Translations under genes and position numbers: made by a program | In this document: positions 18,301 through 26,807 of the stretch, in pieces | Numbering within the stretch: the stretch's first letter is position 1 | How the letters are laid out: the number at the start of each line of letters is the position of its first letter | Assembly (NCBI GenBank): GCA_052033675.1 | Contig: JBPOJK010000125.1 | Location: 736-32,735 of the forward strand | Length of the DNA stretch: 32,000 bases | Reading direction: 5' to 3' | Source of the DNA: Pseudomonadota bacterium | Lineage (GTDB): Bacteria > Pseudomonadota > Gammaproteobacteria > Burkholderiales > UBA11063 | The notes under the pieces: model-generated | Database searches by the model: none | What the model was told of the DNA's origin: nothing | What the model saw: only the letters and a program-made list of their open reading frames with translations

Positions 18301-18396
18301 GGGTTATTTATCGCAACGTTGCTAACATTAATTTTTATGCCGGCATTGTATGCGTGGGTATTTAAGGTGCAAAAGCCACAGGAAGAGGTAGCATAA
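15331..18396 (+). CDS. RND-family efflux transporter permease (AcrB/AcrD/AcrF-type inner-membrane subunit)
   Basis: About 1020 aa with a 12-TM RND layout and two large periplasmic loops. The N-terminus MNLSEWALKNQPLVKYFLILLF... is typical for the family. The ATG at 15316 is an alternative start. The track start at 15196 lies upstream of the predicted promoter and adds a non-homologous extension. Confidence 0.9.
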   Translation: MNLSEWALKNQPLVKYFLILLFVAGFYAYSNLNQREDPNFTIKSMVITVSWPGATEQQMEDQVVDKIEKKLLELSTLDNTSSQIRPGSAIITVELGDTVRGQAVSDSWYQVRKKISDISATLPPGVVGPFYNDEFGDTYSNIYAFQADGYNYEELRRIMEDVKREILTIDGIKKVDLIGTQKEQISVNISSSKLATLGVSLNQVLSAIQNQNAVNAAGSFVTKGDEIPVRVTGNFENLDQVRSLPIAVNGKIFRLGDVADVKRQFDDPFTSKVHYNGHQVILLGIVPKDNVDVVGTGELIDAKYTQIKKKLPVGVTEYVVSNQPEVVTKSVHEFVHSLVEAVIIVLAVSFISLGWRTGIVVAISIPLVLSVTFLVMLLMGIDLQRISLGALIIALGLLVDDAIIAVEMMVMKMEEGFDKFKAATFAYTSTAFPMLSGTLITVAGFLPVGLNDSTTGEYVFSLFAVVGISLVVSWFVAVIFTPYLGYHLLPAEKYRQIGLQQHGNVFDKPFYHKFKKFLQVVVEYKKTVVLSTVGIFALSLILFKLFVSQQFFPASDRPEVLVDLWLPYSSSIYNTESQASSFEKLVMKESGVEGVTTFIGVGAPRFILTLDVQQENTNFAQLLIMTKGDKEREVVIDNLNKILKTQYPDIRSRVKRLELGPPVGYPIQFRISGTDGHQLLKIADQVESIIRANPYTTNVNDNWGDDLKSLRLEVNQSKAQQIGLSSSGLEQQLNTLLSGSTMTYYFERDETIPVVGKLDKNERNQVSNLNNLMIQTASGAFVPVGQIAKASFITEPSLEYRRSRVPTITVRADVVDGAQGNDITNKIAPELRKLEKILPLGYHIEVGGSSESSGKASKPIAKLYPVMFLIIFTLLMLQLNSFKRSMLVVATAPLGMIGVTMSLILFHAPYGFVAMLGVIALAGIIMRNSVILIDQIESDIKGGESAYEAIQMSVLRRFRPIMLTAAAAILGMIPLVRSAFWGPMAVAMMGGLFIATLLTLIFMPALYAWVFKVQKPQEEVA

Positions 18397-18399
18397 ATC

Positions 18400-19752
18400 A
18401 TGAGAAAAATTTGTTTTTTATTGTGCGGGGCATTGGGCATTAGTTCCAGTTATGCTTTTGATTTGGCTTATGCATATCAACAGGCGCTTACTTATAATGC
18501 AGATTATTTAAAACAGATAGCCAGCACTAGCGCGACTCAAGAGCAAAAAAATATTGCCCGTGCTCAGTTATTACCACAGATATCTGGTAGTGCGTCAATG
18601 AATGAGAATTATTTTGATCAAGGCGGAATGTCGGCTTTTTATCATCAGCCGGTTTACCAAGCGCAATTGCAACAGGTTATTTTTGATTGGAGTAAATACT
18701 CCGGTTTTACCAAAGGGCAATATGCGGCGGAAGTAGGTAATTTACAATTGAAAAATGCCGAACAGCAATTAATGGTTACCGTGTCACAAGCCTATTTTGA
18801 TGTTTTATATGCCGAAGATACCCTACGGGCGACGCAAATGACCAAAGAAGCACTTGAAAAACAAATGAATCAAGCCAAAAAATCGTTTGAAGTCGGAACA
18901 GTTACCATTGCCGATGTTAACGATGCACAAGCGGCATTTGACGCTTCCACTGCGCAGGAAATTCAAAATACCAATGATTTGATCTATAAGAAAAATATTT
19001 TTCGTAATTTAACCGGACTGGATCCGGAGCAAATTCAACCATTGACCGATAATACTAATTTAGTATTGCCAACCCCAGCCAATGTTAATACTTGGGCGCA
19101 AATGGGTGAGTCTGGTAATTACAGCATCAAAATTGCCGACAAACAGGTCTCAATGGCCAATCAGGATATTAAAATTGCTATTTCCGGACATTTGCCGACC
19201 CTAAACGTAGTTGCTAATTATCAGTATCAGGATACCGGTGGCATTGATTCATCAAACATGTCGGAATCAACCGTTAATTCATTTGCCAATATTCCAGGAA
19301 CTCCACTGTCCAGTTATGGAACCGGTTCGGCAGGGGTACAATTAAATGTGCCAATCTATTCCGGTGGTGGAGTTAATGCACAAGTGCGGCAAGCCAAAGC
19401 TAATTATGAAGTAGCAAGACAACAGTTGGTTAGTACCGAACGGCAGACCGATCAAAATATCCGTAACACTTACTGGCAAGTACAAAATGGAGTGAGTATT
19501 GTTAAGGCGCAGCAAACCGCGTTAAAATCAGCTAAAACCAAGCTTGATTCAGATAAACTTGGCTATCAAGTTGGGGTTCGCAACAGTGTGGATTTGGTAA
19601 ATTCACAAAAGAACTATTATCAGACCTTCCAAACCTATCAACAATCACGCTATCAGTATATCATGGCGCGGATTCAGTTGCGTTATTTAAGTGGGAGTAT
19701 TGATGATAAATTTATTAAACAAATCAATACTGATATTAAAACCGAGCGCTAG
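18400..19752 (+). CDS. tolC: TolC-family outer-membrane efflux channel
   Basis: 450-aa ORF. It has a signal peptide (MRKICFLLCGALGISSSYA) and a TolC-like start (FDLAYAYQQALTYNADYL). It also shows the two-repeat architecture of coiled-coil and beta-barrel segments. The gene starts 3 nt after the RND stop. Confidence 0.85.
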   Translation: MRKICFLLCGALGISSSYAFDLAYAYQQALTYNADYLKQIASTSATQEQKNIARAQLLPQISGSASMNENYFDQGGMSAFYHQPVYQAQLQQVIFDWSKYSGFTKGQYAAEVGNLQLKNAEQQLMVTVSQAYFDVLYAEDTLRATQMTKEALEKQMNQAKKSFEVGTVTIADVNDAQAAFDASTAQEIQNTNDLIYKKNIFRNLTGLDPEQIQPLTDNTNLVLPTPANVNTWAQMGESGNYSIKIADKQVSMANQDIKIAISGHLPTLNVVANYQYQDTGGIDSSNMSESTVNSFANIPGTPLSSYGTGSAGVQLNVPIYSGGGVNAQVRQAKANYEVARQQLVSTERQTDQNIRNTYWQVQNGVSIVKAQQTALKSAKTKLDSDKLGYQVGVRNSVDLVNSQKNYYQTFQTYQQSRYQYIMARIQLRYLSGSIDDKFIKQINTDIKTER

Positions 19753-19761
19753 AGTTATTGC

Positions 19762-21000
19762 ATGTTACAACCAGTTGTTTTTGGTCTGAATTATCAGACT
19801 GCCGATTTTGATTTACGTGATCGTTTGGCTTTTGCCAGTGGTGAAATTCCCGAAGTTTTACAACGGCTGATTAATTCCGGCGTAGTTAGGGAAGCTTTAT
19901 TGCTATCTACTTGTAATCGTACCGAGTTATATTGCATTGCCAATGATATTGATTTTGTGATTAATTCGTTATGTGCCATGCATGATGTTTGTCCGCGAAC
20001 CGTTGCTAGGCACAGCTATGTTTATCATGGCGATGATTGTGTCCGGCATTTATTTAGGGTGATTTCCGGATTGGAATCGATGGTTTTAGGTGAAACGGAG
20101 ATCGTTGCCCAAATCAAAACCGCAATGGATATTGCTGAAAAATGCAGTTGTTTGGGCTCGCATTTATCGGGGTTATTTCAACAAGCGCTGGCGGTGGAAA
20201 AAGAAGTTCGTAATCATACTGAAATTAATAATGTTGCCATCTCAATGGGGCATGCAGTAGTAAATTATGTTGAAGCACATTTAGACAAATTAACTAAACA
20301 CAAAGTATTGTTTGTCGGTGCTGGGCAAATGATGCAGCAAATTGCGCCGCATTTTAAGTTTCTGAGCTGGAATGATATTTTGGTTTTAAATCGCACTCCT
20401 GAACATGCTAAAGCAGTAGCAGATAAAATTAACGGCAATATCGGCGCGCTGGGGCAATTAAGCCCGCTGGTTAATGATTATGATGTGGTTGTGTTGTGTT
20501 GTGCCAGCAATCAGCCATTATTGACATTGGATATGTTGCAGCCAACTATTGCCAACAATGGCTATATGTTGATAATTGATTTATCAATGCCGTTGGTTAT
20601 TTCACGCGAAATCGCTAAACAACCTAATTTTGAAGTTGTCACAGTCGATGAAGTTGCCAAATTAGTTGATGTTGGATTGGAACGGCGGCGGCAGGCGGCG
20701 GCGGGTGCGGAAGATATCATTGCATTAAAACTTCAGGATTATCAAAATTGGTTGCGCCGGCGGAGCTTTGCACCGATAATAAAAAAACTCCGTGAACAAA
20801 GCGAATCGATTCGCTTAGAGTCATTGGCGGCAGCAGTTAAACAATTACAAAATGGCGATGATCCCAGTGAAATTTTAAAACAATTTTCGGTACAATTAAC
20901 CAACCGATTACTGCATACACCAACGGTGATGATTGCGGCACATCAGGACTCCGGACAGGATTTAGCTGGTATGGTGAGTTATTTGTATGATTTGGAATAA
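19762..21000 (+). CDS. hemA: Glutamyl-tRNA reductase
   Basis: 412-aa ORF with the catalytic-Cys motif LLSTCNRTELY, then GLESMVLGETEIVAQIK, and an NADPH-binding VLFVGAGQM. Confidence 0.9.
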   Translation: MLQPVVFGLNYQTADFDLRDRLAFASGEIPEVLQRLINSGVVREALLLSTCNRTELYCIANDIDFVINSLCAMHDVCPRTVARHSYVYHGDDCVRHLFRVISGLESMVLGETEIVAQIKTAMDIAEKCSCLGSHLSGLFQQALAVEKEVRNHTEINNVAISMGHAVVNYVEAHLDKLTKHKVLFVGAGQMMQQIAPHFKFLSWNDILVLNRTPEHAKAVADKINGNIGALGQLSPLVNDYDVVVLCCASNQPLLTLDMLQPTIANNGYMLIIDLSMPLVISREIAKQPNFEVVTVDEVAKLVDVGLERRRQAAAGAEDIIALKLQDYQNWLRRRSFAPIIKKLREQSESIRLESLAAAVKQLQNGDDPSEILKQFSVQLTNRLLHTPTVMIAAHQDSGQDLAGMVSYLYDLE

Positions 21001-21015
21001 TTAAAAAGAGAAAAT

Positions 21016-22095
21016 ATGAAACAGAGTGTTATTGATAAATTAAATATTTTGAAAAATCGTTTGGGTGAGTTGTCTGAATTATTGTCGCAGCCGGAAGTAA
21101 CCGAAGATATTCAGCGTTTTACCGCGCTAAATAAAGAATATGCCGAATTAACTCCGGTCGTCGAAAAATTCAATGAATATCTAAGTGCCGAAGAAGATCT
21201 AAAAACTGCCGAAGAATTACTGTCTGATCCGGAAATGAAAGAATTTGCTCAAGGCGAATTGACCAGTGCCAAAGAAAAAATAGAAGCTTTGGAAATGGAT
21301 TTACAGAAGTTATTATTACCCAAAGATGTCAATGATGATAAAAACATTTACTTGGAAATTCGTGCCGGTACTGGTGGTGATGAATCAGCTTTGTTTTCTG
21401 CTGATTTGTTTCGGATGTACTCACGTTATGCCGAGCGGATGGGCTGGCAGGTTGAAGTAGTGTCAACAGCCGATTCTGATTTGGGCGGCTATCGTGAAAT
21501 CGTAGCTAAAATCAGCGGTAATGGCGTGTATTCGCGGCTAAAATTTGAATCCGGTGCCCATCGGGTGCAACGAGTTCCGGTTACCGAATCACAAGGTCGG
21601 GTGCATACTTCGGCATGTACCGTGGCGGTAATGCCGGAAGCCGATGAGGTTTCTGAAGTGGTAATCAATCCGTCCGAATTACGGATTGATACTTTCCGCG
21701 CATCGGGTGCTGGTGGGCAGCATATTAATAAAACTGATTCGGCGATTCGGGTGACGCATATACCCACTGGAATCGTGGTTGAGTGTCAGGATGATCGTTC
21801 CCAACATAAAAATAAAGCACGCGCGCTTTCATTACTGGCAACGCGGATTAAAGATGCGCAATTACGGGAACAGCATGCCAAAGAAGCGGCTGAGCGTAAA
21901 AGTTTGGTTGGTTCGGGCGATCGTTCCGAGCGCATCCGCACCTATAATTTTCCACAAGGACGGATGACTGATCACCGGATTAATTTGACCTTATATAAAC
22001 TGGAATATATTATGGATGGCGATTTAGATGAGTTGACCAATTCCCTGATTGCTGAACACCAAGCCGAATTGCTAGCCCACATGGGGGATCGCTGA
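21016..22095 (+). CDS. prfA: Peptide chain release factor 1
   Basis: 359-aa ORF with an RF1-type PxT tripeptide ([10 protein letters not shown]) and a GGQ motif ([16 protein letters not shown]). Confidence 0.95.
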   Translation: MKQSVIDKLNILKNRLGELSELLSQPEVTEDIQRFTALNKEYAELTPVVEKFNEYLSAEEDLKTAEELLSDPEMKEFAQGELTSAKEKIEALEMDLQKLLLPKDVNDDKNIYLEIRAGTGGDESALFSADLFRMYSRYAERMGWQVEVVSTADSDLGGYREIVAKISGNGVYSRLKFESGAHRVQRVPVTESQGRVHTSACTVAVMPEADEVSEVVINPSELRIDTFRASGAGGQHINKTDSAIRVTHIPTGIVVECQDDRSQHKNKARALSLLATRIKDAQLREQHAKEAAERKSLVGSGDRSERIRTYNFPQGRMTDHRINLTLYKLEYIMDGDLDELTNSLIAEHQAELLAHMGDR

Positions 22096-22730
22096 TGGAT
22101 GACTGTCGCAAAATAGTAGCATATTTTGATTTTGATGGAACAATTTCCAATCGGGATACCTTTATTCCATTTTTAGTATTTACGGTTGGTAAGATAACGT
22201 TTTTACGTAAGTTGCCCAAATTGATTCCAGTTTTGCTGCGCTATTGGTGTAAAAATATTACCAACGAACAAGCTAAACAAGCCACTTTGAATATTCTTAT
22301 TCATGGTTATAAACAAGTATTTTTAGAACATAAAGCTAAATCCTTTGCTATTAGCAAATTAAATAAGTATATTAAGCCCGCGGTTTATGCCAAACTCGAA
22401 TGGCATCGCGAACATAAGCATACATTGGTTATCGTTAGTGCCAATTTAGGAATATATTTACGCTATTGGGCGCATTTGCATAAAATTGACCACGTAATTG
22501 CTACTGAAATTGAATTTATCAATTCGAATGTTGCCAGTGGTAGATTAGCGACTCATAATTGTTATGGCAGTGAAAAAGTTAACCGGATTGAAAATTTTCT
22601 AATAGATAATAAATTGACATTTTGTTATAGCTATGGTTACGGTAATTCGGCGGGCGATTATGCCATGTTGAATTATGTCAATGAAGGCTACTTTGTTAAC
22701 GGTGATTATATGCGGCGGTGGGGATTGTAA
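22095..22730 (+). CDS. HAD-superfamily hydrolase, subfamily IB-like (phosphoserine-phosphatase-like fold)
   Basis: 211-aa ORF with HAD motif I FDFDGTIS, motif II VIVSAN, and a C-terminal GNSAGDYAML (motif IV-like). Its start overlaps the prfA stop (ATGA) and its stop abuts the rsmG GTG. Confidence 0.7.
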   Translation: MDDCRKIVAYFDFDGTISNRDTFIPFLVFTVGKITFLRKLPKLIPVLLRYWCKNITNEQAKQATLNILIHGYKQVFLEHKAKSFAISKLNKYIKPAVYAKLEWHREHKHTLVIVSANLGIYLRYWAHLHKIDHVIATEIEFINSNVASGRLATHNCYGSEKVNRIENFLIDNKLTFCYSYGYGNSAGDYAMLNYVNEGYFVNGDYMRRWGL

Positions 22731-23357
22731 GTGCAGCCGGATTTAACTCATATACTGCAACAAGGTTGTGAAGAATTAAAGCTTAAATTAAATCAAGAAC
22801 AAGTTCAGCAACTTTTAGACTATCTACGATTATTACAAAAGTGGAATAAGGTCTATAGTTTAACCGCGATTAATAATCCACGCCAAATGGTTATTTACCA
22901 TTTACTGGATGGCTTAAGTGCGGTTAGTTATTTTGCCAATTATTCTTCAGTATTGGATGTTGGTAGCGGTATGGGCGTGCCGGGAATAATTTTAGCAATT
23001 AGTTATCCGCAAACAGCAGTAACGCTGATTGACAGTAATAGCAAAAAAACCGCATTCCTGCAGCAGGTGAAAATTGAACTAGGTTTAAGCAATTTGCAAG
23101 TAATTTGCTCTCGAATAGAGGCGTTGCCCATTGAAAATCGTTATATGGCAATTACCTCGCGGGCATTTGCCGATTTAAATTTATTCGTCGAACTAAGTGG
23201 CAAATTTTTGGCCGATAACGGTTCGATTTTGGCATTAAAGGGTGAGTTGGCATTTAATGAAGTAGCGCAGATTGATGATTGGGATAATGAAATAATTGAG
23301 ATTCAGGTTCCGTTTTTGGATGCGAAAAGATTCTTAGTAAAGTTGGTACGCAAATGA
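22731..23357 (+). CDS. rsmG: 16S rRNA (guanine527-N7)-methyltransferase RsmG (GidB)
   Basis: 208-aa ORF with a GTG start. It contains LLQKWNKVYSLTAI, the SAM-binding DVGSGMGVPGIILAI, and ITSRAFA. Confidence 0.9.
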   Translation: MQPDLTHILQQGCEELKLKLNQEQVQQLLDYLRLLQKWNKVYSLTAINNPRQMVIYHLLDGLSAVSYFANYSSVLDVGSGMGVPGIILAISYPQTAVTLIDSNSKKTAFLQQVKIELGLSNLQVICSRIEALPIENRYMAITSRAFADLNLFVELSGKFLADNGSILALKGELAFNEVAQIDDWDNEIIEIQVPFLDAKRFLVKLVRK

Positions 23358-24121
23358 AAAAAAATATTCTAGTGGTTGTAAATCAAAAAGGTGGCGTTGG
23401 TAAAACTACCACCGTTTTAAATTTGGCAACTGCATTAGCGTTTAGTCGCAAAAAAATCTTGGTTGTCGATATTGATCCTCAGGGCAATGCCACAACCGGA
23501 GCTGGATTTAATAAAAACCAACTGGAATATACCGTTTATGATGCTTTAATTAATGATGTTGATCCACGTGATATTATTGTAAAATCCGAACGCTGTAAGT
23601 TTGATATGCTTCCGGCAAATCGCCATTTGGCCGGTGCTGAAATTGAATTGGTTGACATTGAAAAACGAGAATTTCGTCTGCAGCGAATTTTAAGTCAGGT
23701 ACAAGAAAATTATGATTATATTTTGATTGATTGTCCGCCATCGTTAAGCTTACTGACAATCAATGCCTTATCTGCAGCCAGCTATGTTTTAGTACCTATT
23801 CAATGTGAATATTATGCTCTTGAGGGTCTGACCGATCTATTAAATACCATTAAATTATTGCAAACGAAACTCAACCCGGAGCTGGAAATTCTTGGAATGG
23901 TACGCACGATGTTTGATAAGCGCAATAATCTAGCGGTAGATGTATCATCGCAATTGGTTGATTATTTCGGTGATAAAATTTTCTACGCTTCAATTCCTCG
24001 GACAGTGCGCTTGGCGGAAGCTCCCAGTTTTGGTACTTCGGCGGTAGCCTTGGATGCGGACTCTTTTGGCGCACAAGCATATATCCGGCTTGGGCGTGAA
24101 GTATTGAAACGATTAAAGTAA
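23354..24121 (+). CDS. parA: Chromosome partitioning ATPase ParA (Soj)
   Basis: 255-aa ORF with a deviant Walker A (NQKGGVGKTTT), then DIDPQGNAT and LIDCPPSL. It overlaps the rsmG stop. Confidence 0.92.
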   Translation: MKKNILVVVNQKGGVGKTTTVLNLATALAFSRKKILVVDIDPQGNATTGAGFNKNQLEYTVYDALINDVDPRDIIVKSERCKFDMLPANRHLAGAEIELVDIEKREFRLQRILSQVQENYDYILIDCPPSLSLLTINALSAASYVLVPIQCEYYALEGLTDLLNTIKLLQTKLNPELEILGMVRTMFDKRNNLAVDVSSQLVDYFGDKIFYASIPRTVRLAEAPSFGTSAVALDADSFGAQAYIRLGREVLKRLK

Positions 24122-24139
24122 TTGGGGTTAAAAAATACT

Positions 24140-25042
24140 ATGGCAAAAAAAACAGGTTTAGGGCGCGGTTTAGAGGTTTTATTGGCAAGTTCGGCAGAAA
24201 CGCTGTCAACAACTAGTAACGATAATAATATCGGCAACATTAATGATAAACTCCAGGAGTTACCATTAAATTGCTTACAGGCTGGTAAATATCAGCCGCG
24301 GCGGATTTTTGATGAAACAGAATTGCAAGAGTTGGCGGATTCAATTCGCCATAATGGCATAATACAACCACTGGTTGTACGTAAAATAGCGCCGCAGCGT
24401 TATGAGATAATTGCCGGTGAACGACGTTTTCGCGCCAGTCAAATCGCGGGAATCGAAAAAATTCCGGTAGTAATCCGTGAGTTTAGCGATGAAGAAGCAC
24501 TGGCAATTTCACTGATTGAAAACATTCAGCGTCAGGATTTGAATATTGTCGAAGAGGCAGAGGGATATCGGCGCTTAATTGATGAGTTTGGACTTACTCA
24601 TGAAGCTTTGGCACAGGTAACCGGTAAATCCCGAAGTAATATCTCCAATACCTTGCGCTTGTTAAATCTTAGTTCACAAGTTTTAGAGATGCTATTGGAA
24701 CGGCGATTGGATATGGGGCATGCCCGCGCTTTATTACCACTATCAGAAGAAAAACAAATTGAGTTGGCAGATGTAATTGTTGCAAAAAAATTAACCACCG
24801 CCGAAGTTGAAAATCAGGTGGCACGAATCTTGCATGAATTACGTTATGGTGCCAATCCGGAAAAAACTAAAAAAAGCCAGCCTGATCCAGATATAATTAG
24901 CTTAGAACAAGCGCTTGCCGATCGTTTGGGGATGATGGTAGTAGTAAAACACAATCGTTCGGGTAGCGGAAAAATCACCATTAACTATAATAGCGTTGAT
25001 GAATTAGATGGCTTTTTAGAACTATTAGCACTTGAGGAATAG
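24140..25042 (+). CDS. parB: Chromosome partitioning protein ParB (Spo0J)
   Basis: It begins MAKKTGLGRGLEVLL and contains the ParB box IIAGERRFRASQIAG and an HTH (THEALAQVTGKSRSNISNTLRLL). The ATG at 24140 is preferred to the TTG at 24122. Confidence 0.92.
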   Translation: MAKKTGLGRGLEVLLASSAETLSTTSNDNNIGNINDKLQELPLNCLQAGKYQPRRIFDETELQELADSIRHNGIIQPLVVRKIAPQRYEIIAGERRFRASQIAGIEKIPVVIREFSDEEALAISLIENIQRQDLNIVEEAEGYRRLIDEFGLTHEALAQVTGKSRSNISNTLRLLNLSSQVLEMLLERRLDMGHARALLPLSEEKQIELADVIVAKKLTTAEVENQVARILHELRYGANPEKTKKSQPDPDIISLEQALADRLGMMVVVKHNRSGSGKITINYNSVDELDGFLELLALEE

Positions 25043-25097
25043 TTACGCTAACGGCTAATTTAGCTGCAAATACTGCTACGACAACGGTTTTTTAACG

Positions 25098-25140
25098 AAA
25101 CACCATGATTAATATGATAAAATCATGGTGTTTTTATTTC
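25098..25140 (+). terminator. Strong Rho-independent terminator after parB
   Basis: A perfect 13-bp stem aaacaccatgatt / aatcatggtgttt (25098-25110 and 25121-25133) has a 10-nt loop and is followed by a T-rich tail. Confidence 0.75.
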
Positions 25141-25400
25141 AGGATTTTTTATCATGAATTTGTATTATTTAACCCGCAATTATGGTGCTTTAAAAGGCAT
25201 CTTCATGTCACAAGTGTGGAATGACTAACAAGAGGAAAACATCAATGTATAATCTAATCAACTACTTTATCTATAATTTTATTTCCTGCAAAATATATAC
25301 TTCTTTGATTAAGCCACGTAAGTAACTTTTCTATATTATTTAATTGCGCAAATTTGCGTAGGTATTAAAAATAATTATAAAATTTATAAAGGTTATTGAT

Positions 25401-26780
25401 ATGGCTCAACTTAATAAAAAACTCGAATCTCGTCACATTAATATGATCGCCATTGGCGGTTCAATCGGCACCGGAATATTCCTAGCCAGCGGTTACTCAA
25501 TCTATGTCGGGGGACCTGGTGGTGCAATGTTGGCTTATTTATTGATGGCAATAATTGTCTATTTCTTAATGACAAGCTTAGGGGAATTAAGTACGTATAA
25601 ACCTAGTTCAGGTTCTTTTTGTGATTATTCTTCAATGTATGTCGGCAAATCTTTTGGTTTTGCCATGAGTTACAACTATTGGTTTAACTGGGCAATTACC
25701 ATTGCTGCCGAAATTTCTGCAGCGGCATTGGTAATGAGCTACTGGTTTCCGCATGTAAACCCAGTTTATTTTTCATTAGCAATTTTTTTTGCAGTCTTAA
25801 TTGCCAATATTTTTTCGGTAAAAGTTTATGGTGAAATTGAATACTGGCTGTCATTTATTAAAGTCGGTGTAATTATTGTTTTTATTATCTTAGGAATCTT
25901 CACCATTTATCGCCAGCCACAGTTTGGGTTAAATAACTGGCACATCGCGGATGCACCGTTTCATGCGGGCTGGTATGGTTTTATTTCGGTATTTTTATTT
26001 GCCGGATTTTCATTTCAGGGAACTGAACTAGTTGGGGTTGCCTCGGGCGAAACCAAAAATCCTGAAATCAGTATTCCTAAATCAATTAAACTGGTATTTT
26101 GGCGCTTAACATTATTTTATGTTTTATCCATCGGTGTAATTAGTTTATTGCTGCCATTTAATGATCCAAAATTGGCTGAACAAAATAATATTACTACTAG
26201 CCCATATACCTTAATTTTTCATAAATTTGCTGGCGCTTATGCAGCTGATGCGATGAATTTTATTATTTTGATTGCGTTAGTTTCAGCGGCCAATGCCAGT
26301 ATGTATTCCGCCAGCCGGATTCTATGGTATATGGGAAATAATGGACAAACCCCTAAAATATTTAAAAAATTCAATGCTAGCGGTGTACCGATTCCAGCTT
26401 TATTACTAACTGCCGCGGTAGGGTCACTGGTATTTATTTCTTCATTTATAGGAAATGGTACCTTCTTTAATTATATCGTGCAAATTTCATCGCTATGTGG
26501 TTTCTTGGCGTGGTTTGGGATTGCTTTTAGCCATTTTGAATTTAGGCGCAAATATTTATCGGGTCTTGGCGGTGAGAAAATTCTTAAATATCGGGCAAAA
26601 TTCTATCCATGGGCACAAATTATCTCAATGATAGTAATATTATTTATTATTGTAGCTCAATTTGTAACCCTCGGGCAACATTATGGATTTTTAGATTTTA
26701 TTATGATTTATTCTTCGGTGATATTGTTTGTCTTGATCTATCTGGGACATAAATTTTATTTGCACCTCAAGAAACCATGA
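25401..26780 (+). CDS. APC-superfamily amino-acid permease, LysP-like
   Basis: 459-aa, 12-TM ORF. The segment RHINMIAIGGSIGTGIFLASG...GPGGAMLAYLLMAIIVYFLMTSLGELSTYKPSSGSF is closely collinear with E. coli LysP. Substrate is not inferable from sequence alone. Confidence 0.85.
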   Translation: MAQLNKKLESRHINMIAIGGSIGTGIFLASGYSIYVGGPGGAMLAYLLMAIIVYFLMTSLGELSTYKPSSGSFCDYSSMYVGKSFGFAMSYNYWFNWAITIAAEISAAALVMSYWFPHVNPVYFSLAIFFAVLIANIFSVKVYGEIEYWLSFIKVGVIIVFIILGIFTIYRQPQFGLNNWHIADAPFHAGWYGFISVFLFAGFSFQGTELVGVASGETKNPEISIPKSIKLVFWRLTLFYVLSIGVISLLLPFNDPKLAEQNNITTSPYTLIFHKFAGAYAADAMNFIILIALVSAANASMYSASRILWYMGNNGQTPKIFKKFNASGVPIPALLLTAAVGSLVFISSFIGNGTFFNYIVQISSLCGFLAWFGIAFSHFEFRRKYLSGLGGEKILKYRAKFYPWAQIISMIVILFIIVAQFVTLGQHYGFLDFIMIYSSVILFVLIYLGHKFYLHLKKP

Positions 26781-26807
26781 TTAAAATAGTTTAACGTCAG
26801 ATATAAT

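Noticed and set aside
20686-20712. GC-rich trinucleotide-repeat-like run (cggcggcggcaggcggcggcgggtgcgg) in hemA.
   Set aside because: It is in frame, encodes an Arg/Ala-rich helix (RRRQAAAGA), and is too short and imperfect to be a meaningful contingency repeat.
23357-23364. A8 homopolymer tracts just after the start codons of parA (23357-23364) and parB (24145-24152), as possible phase-variation switches.
   Set aside because: They encode the Lys-Lys N-termini common in these families. A-runs are expected in an AT-rich genome, and phase variation of essential partition genes is implausible.
25141-25400. Lysine riboswitch (L-box) upstream of the LysP-like permease.
   Set aside because: The leader is extremely AT-rich and lacks the conserved GC-rich helices and core motifs of the L-box as I remember them.
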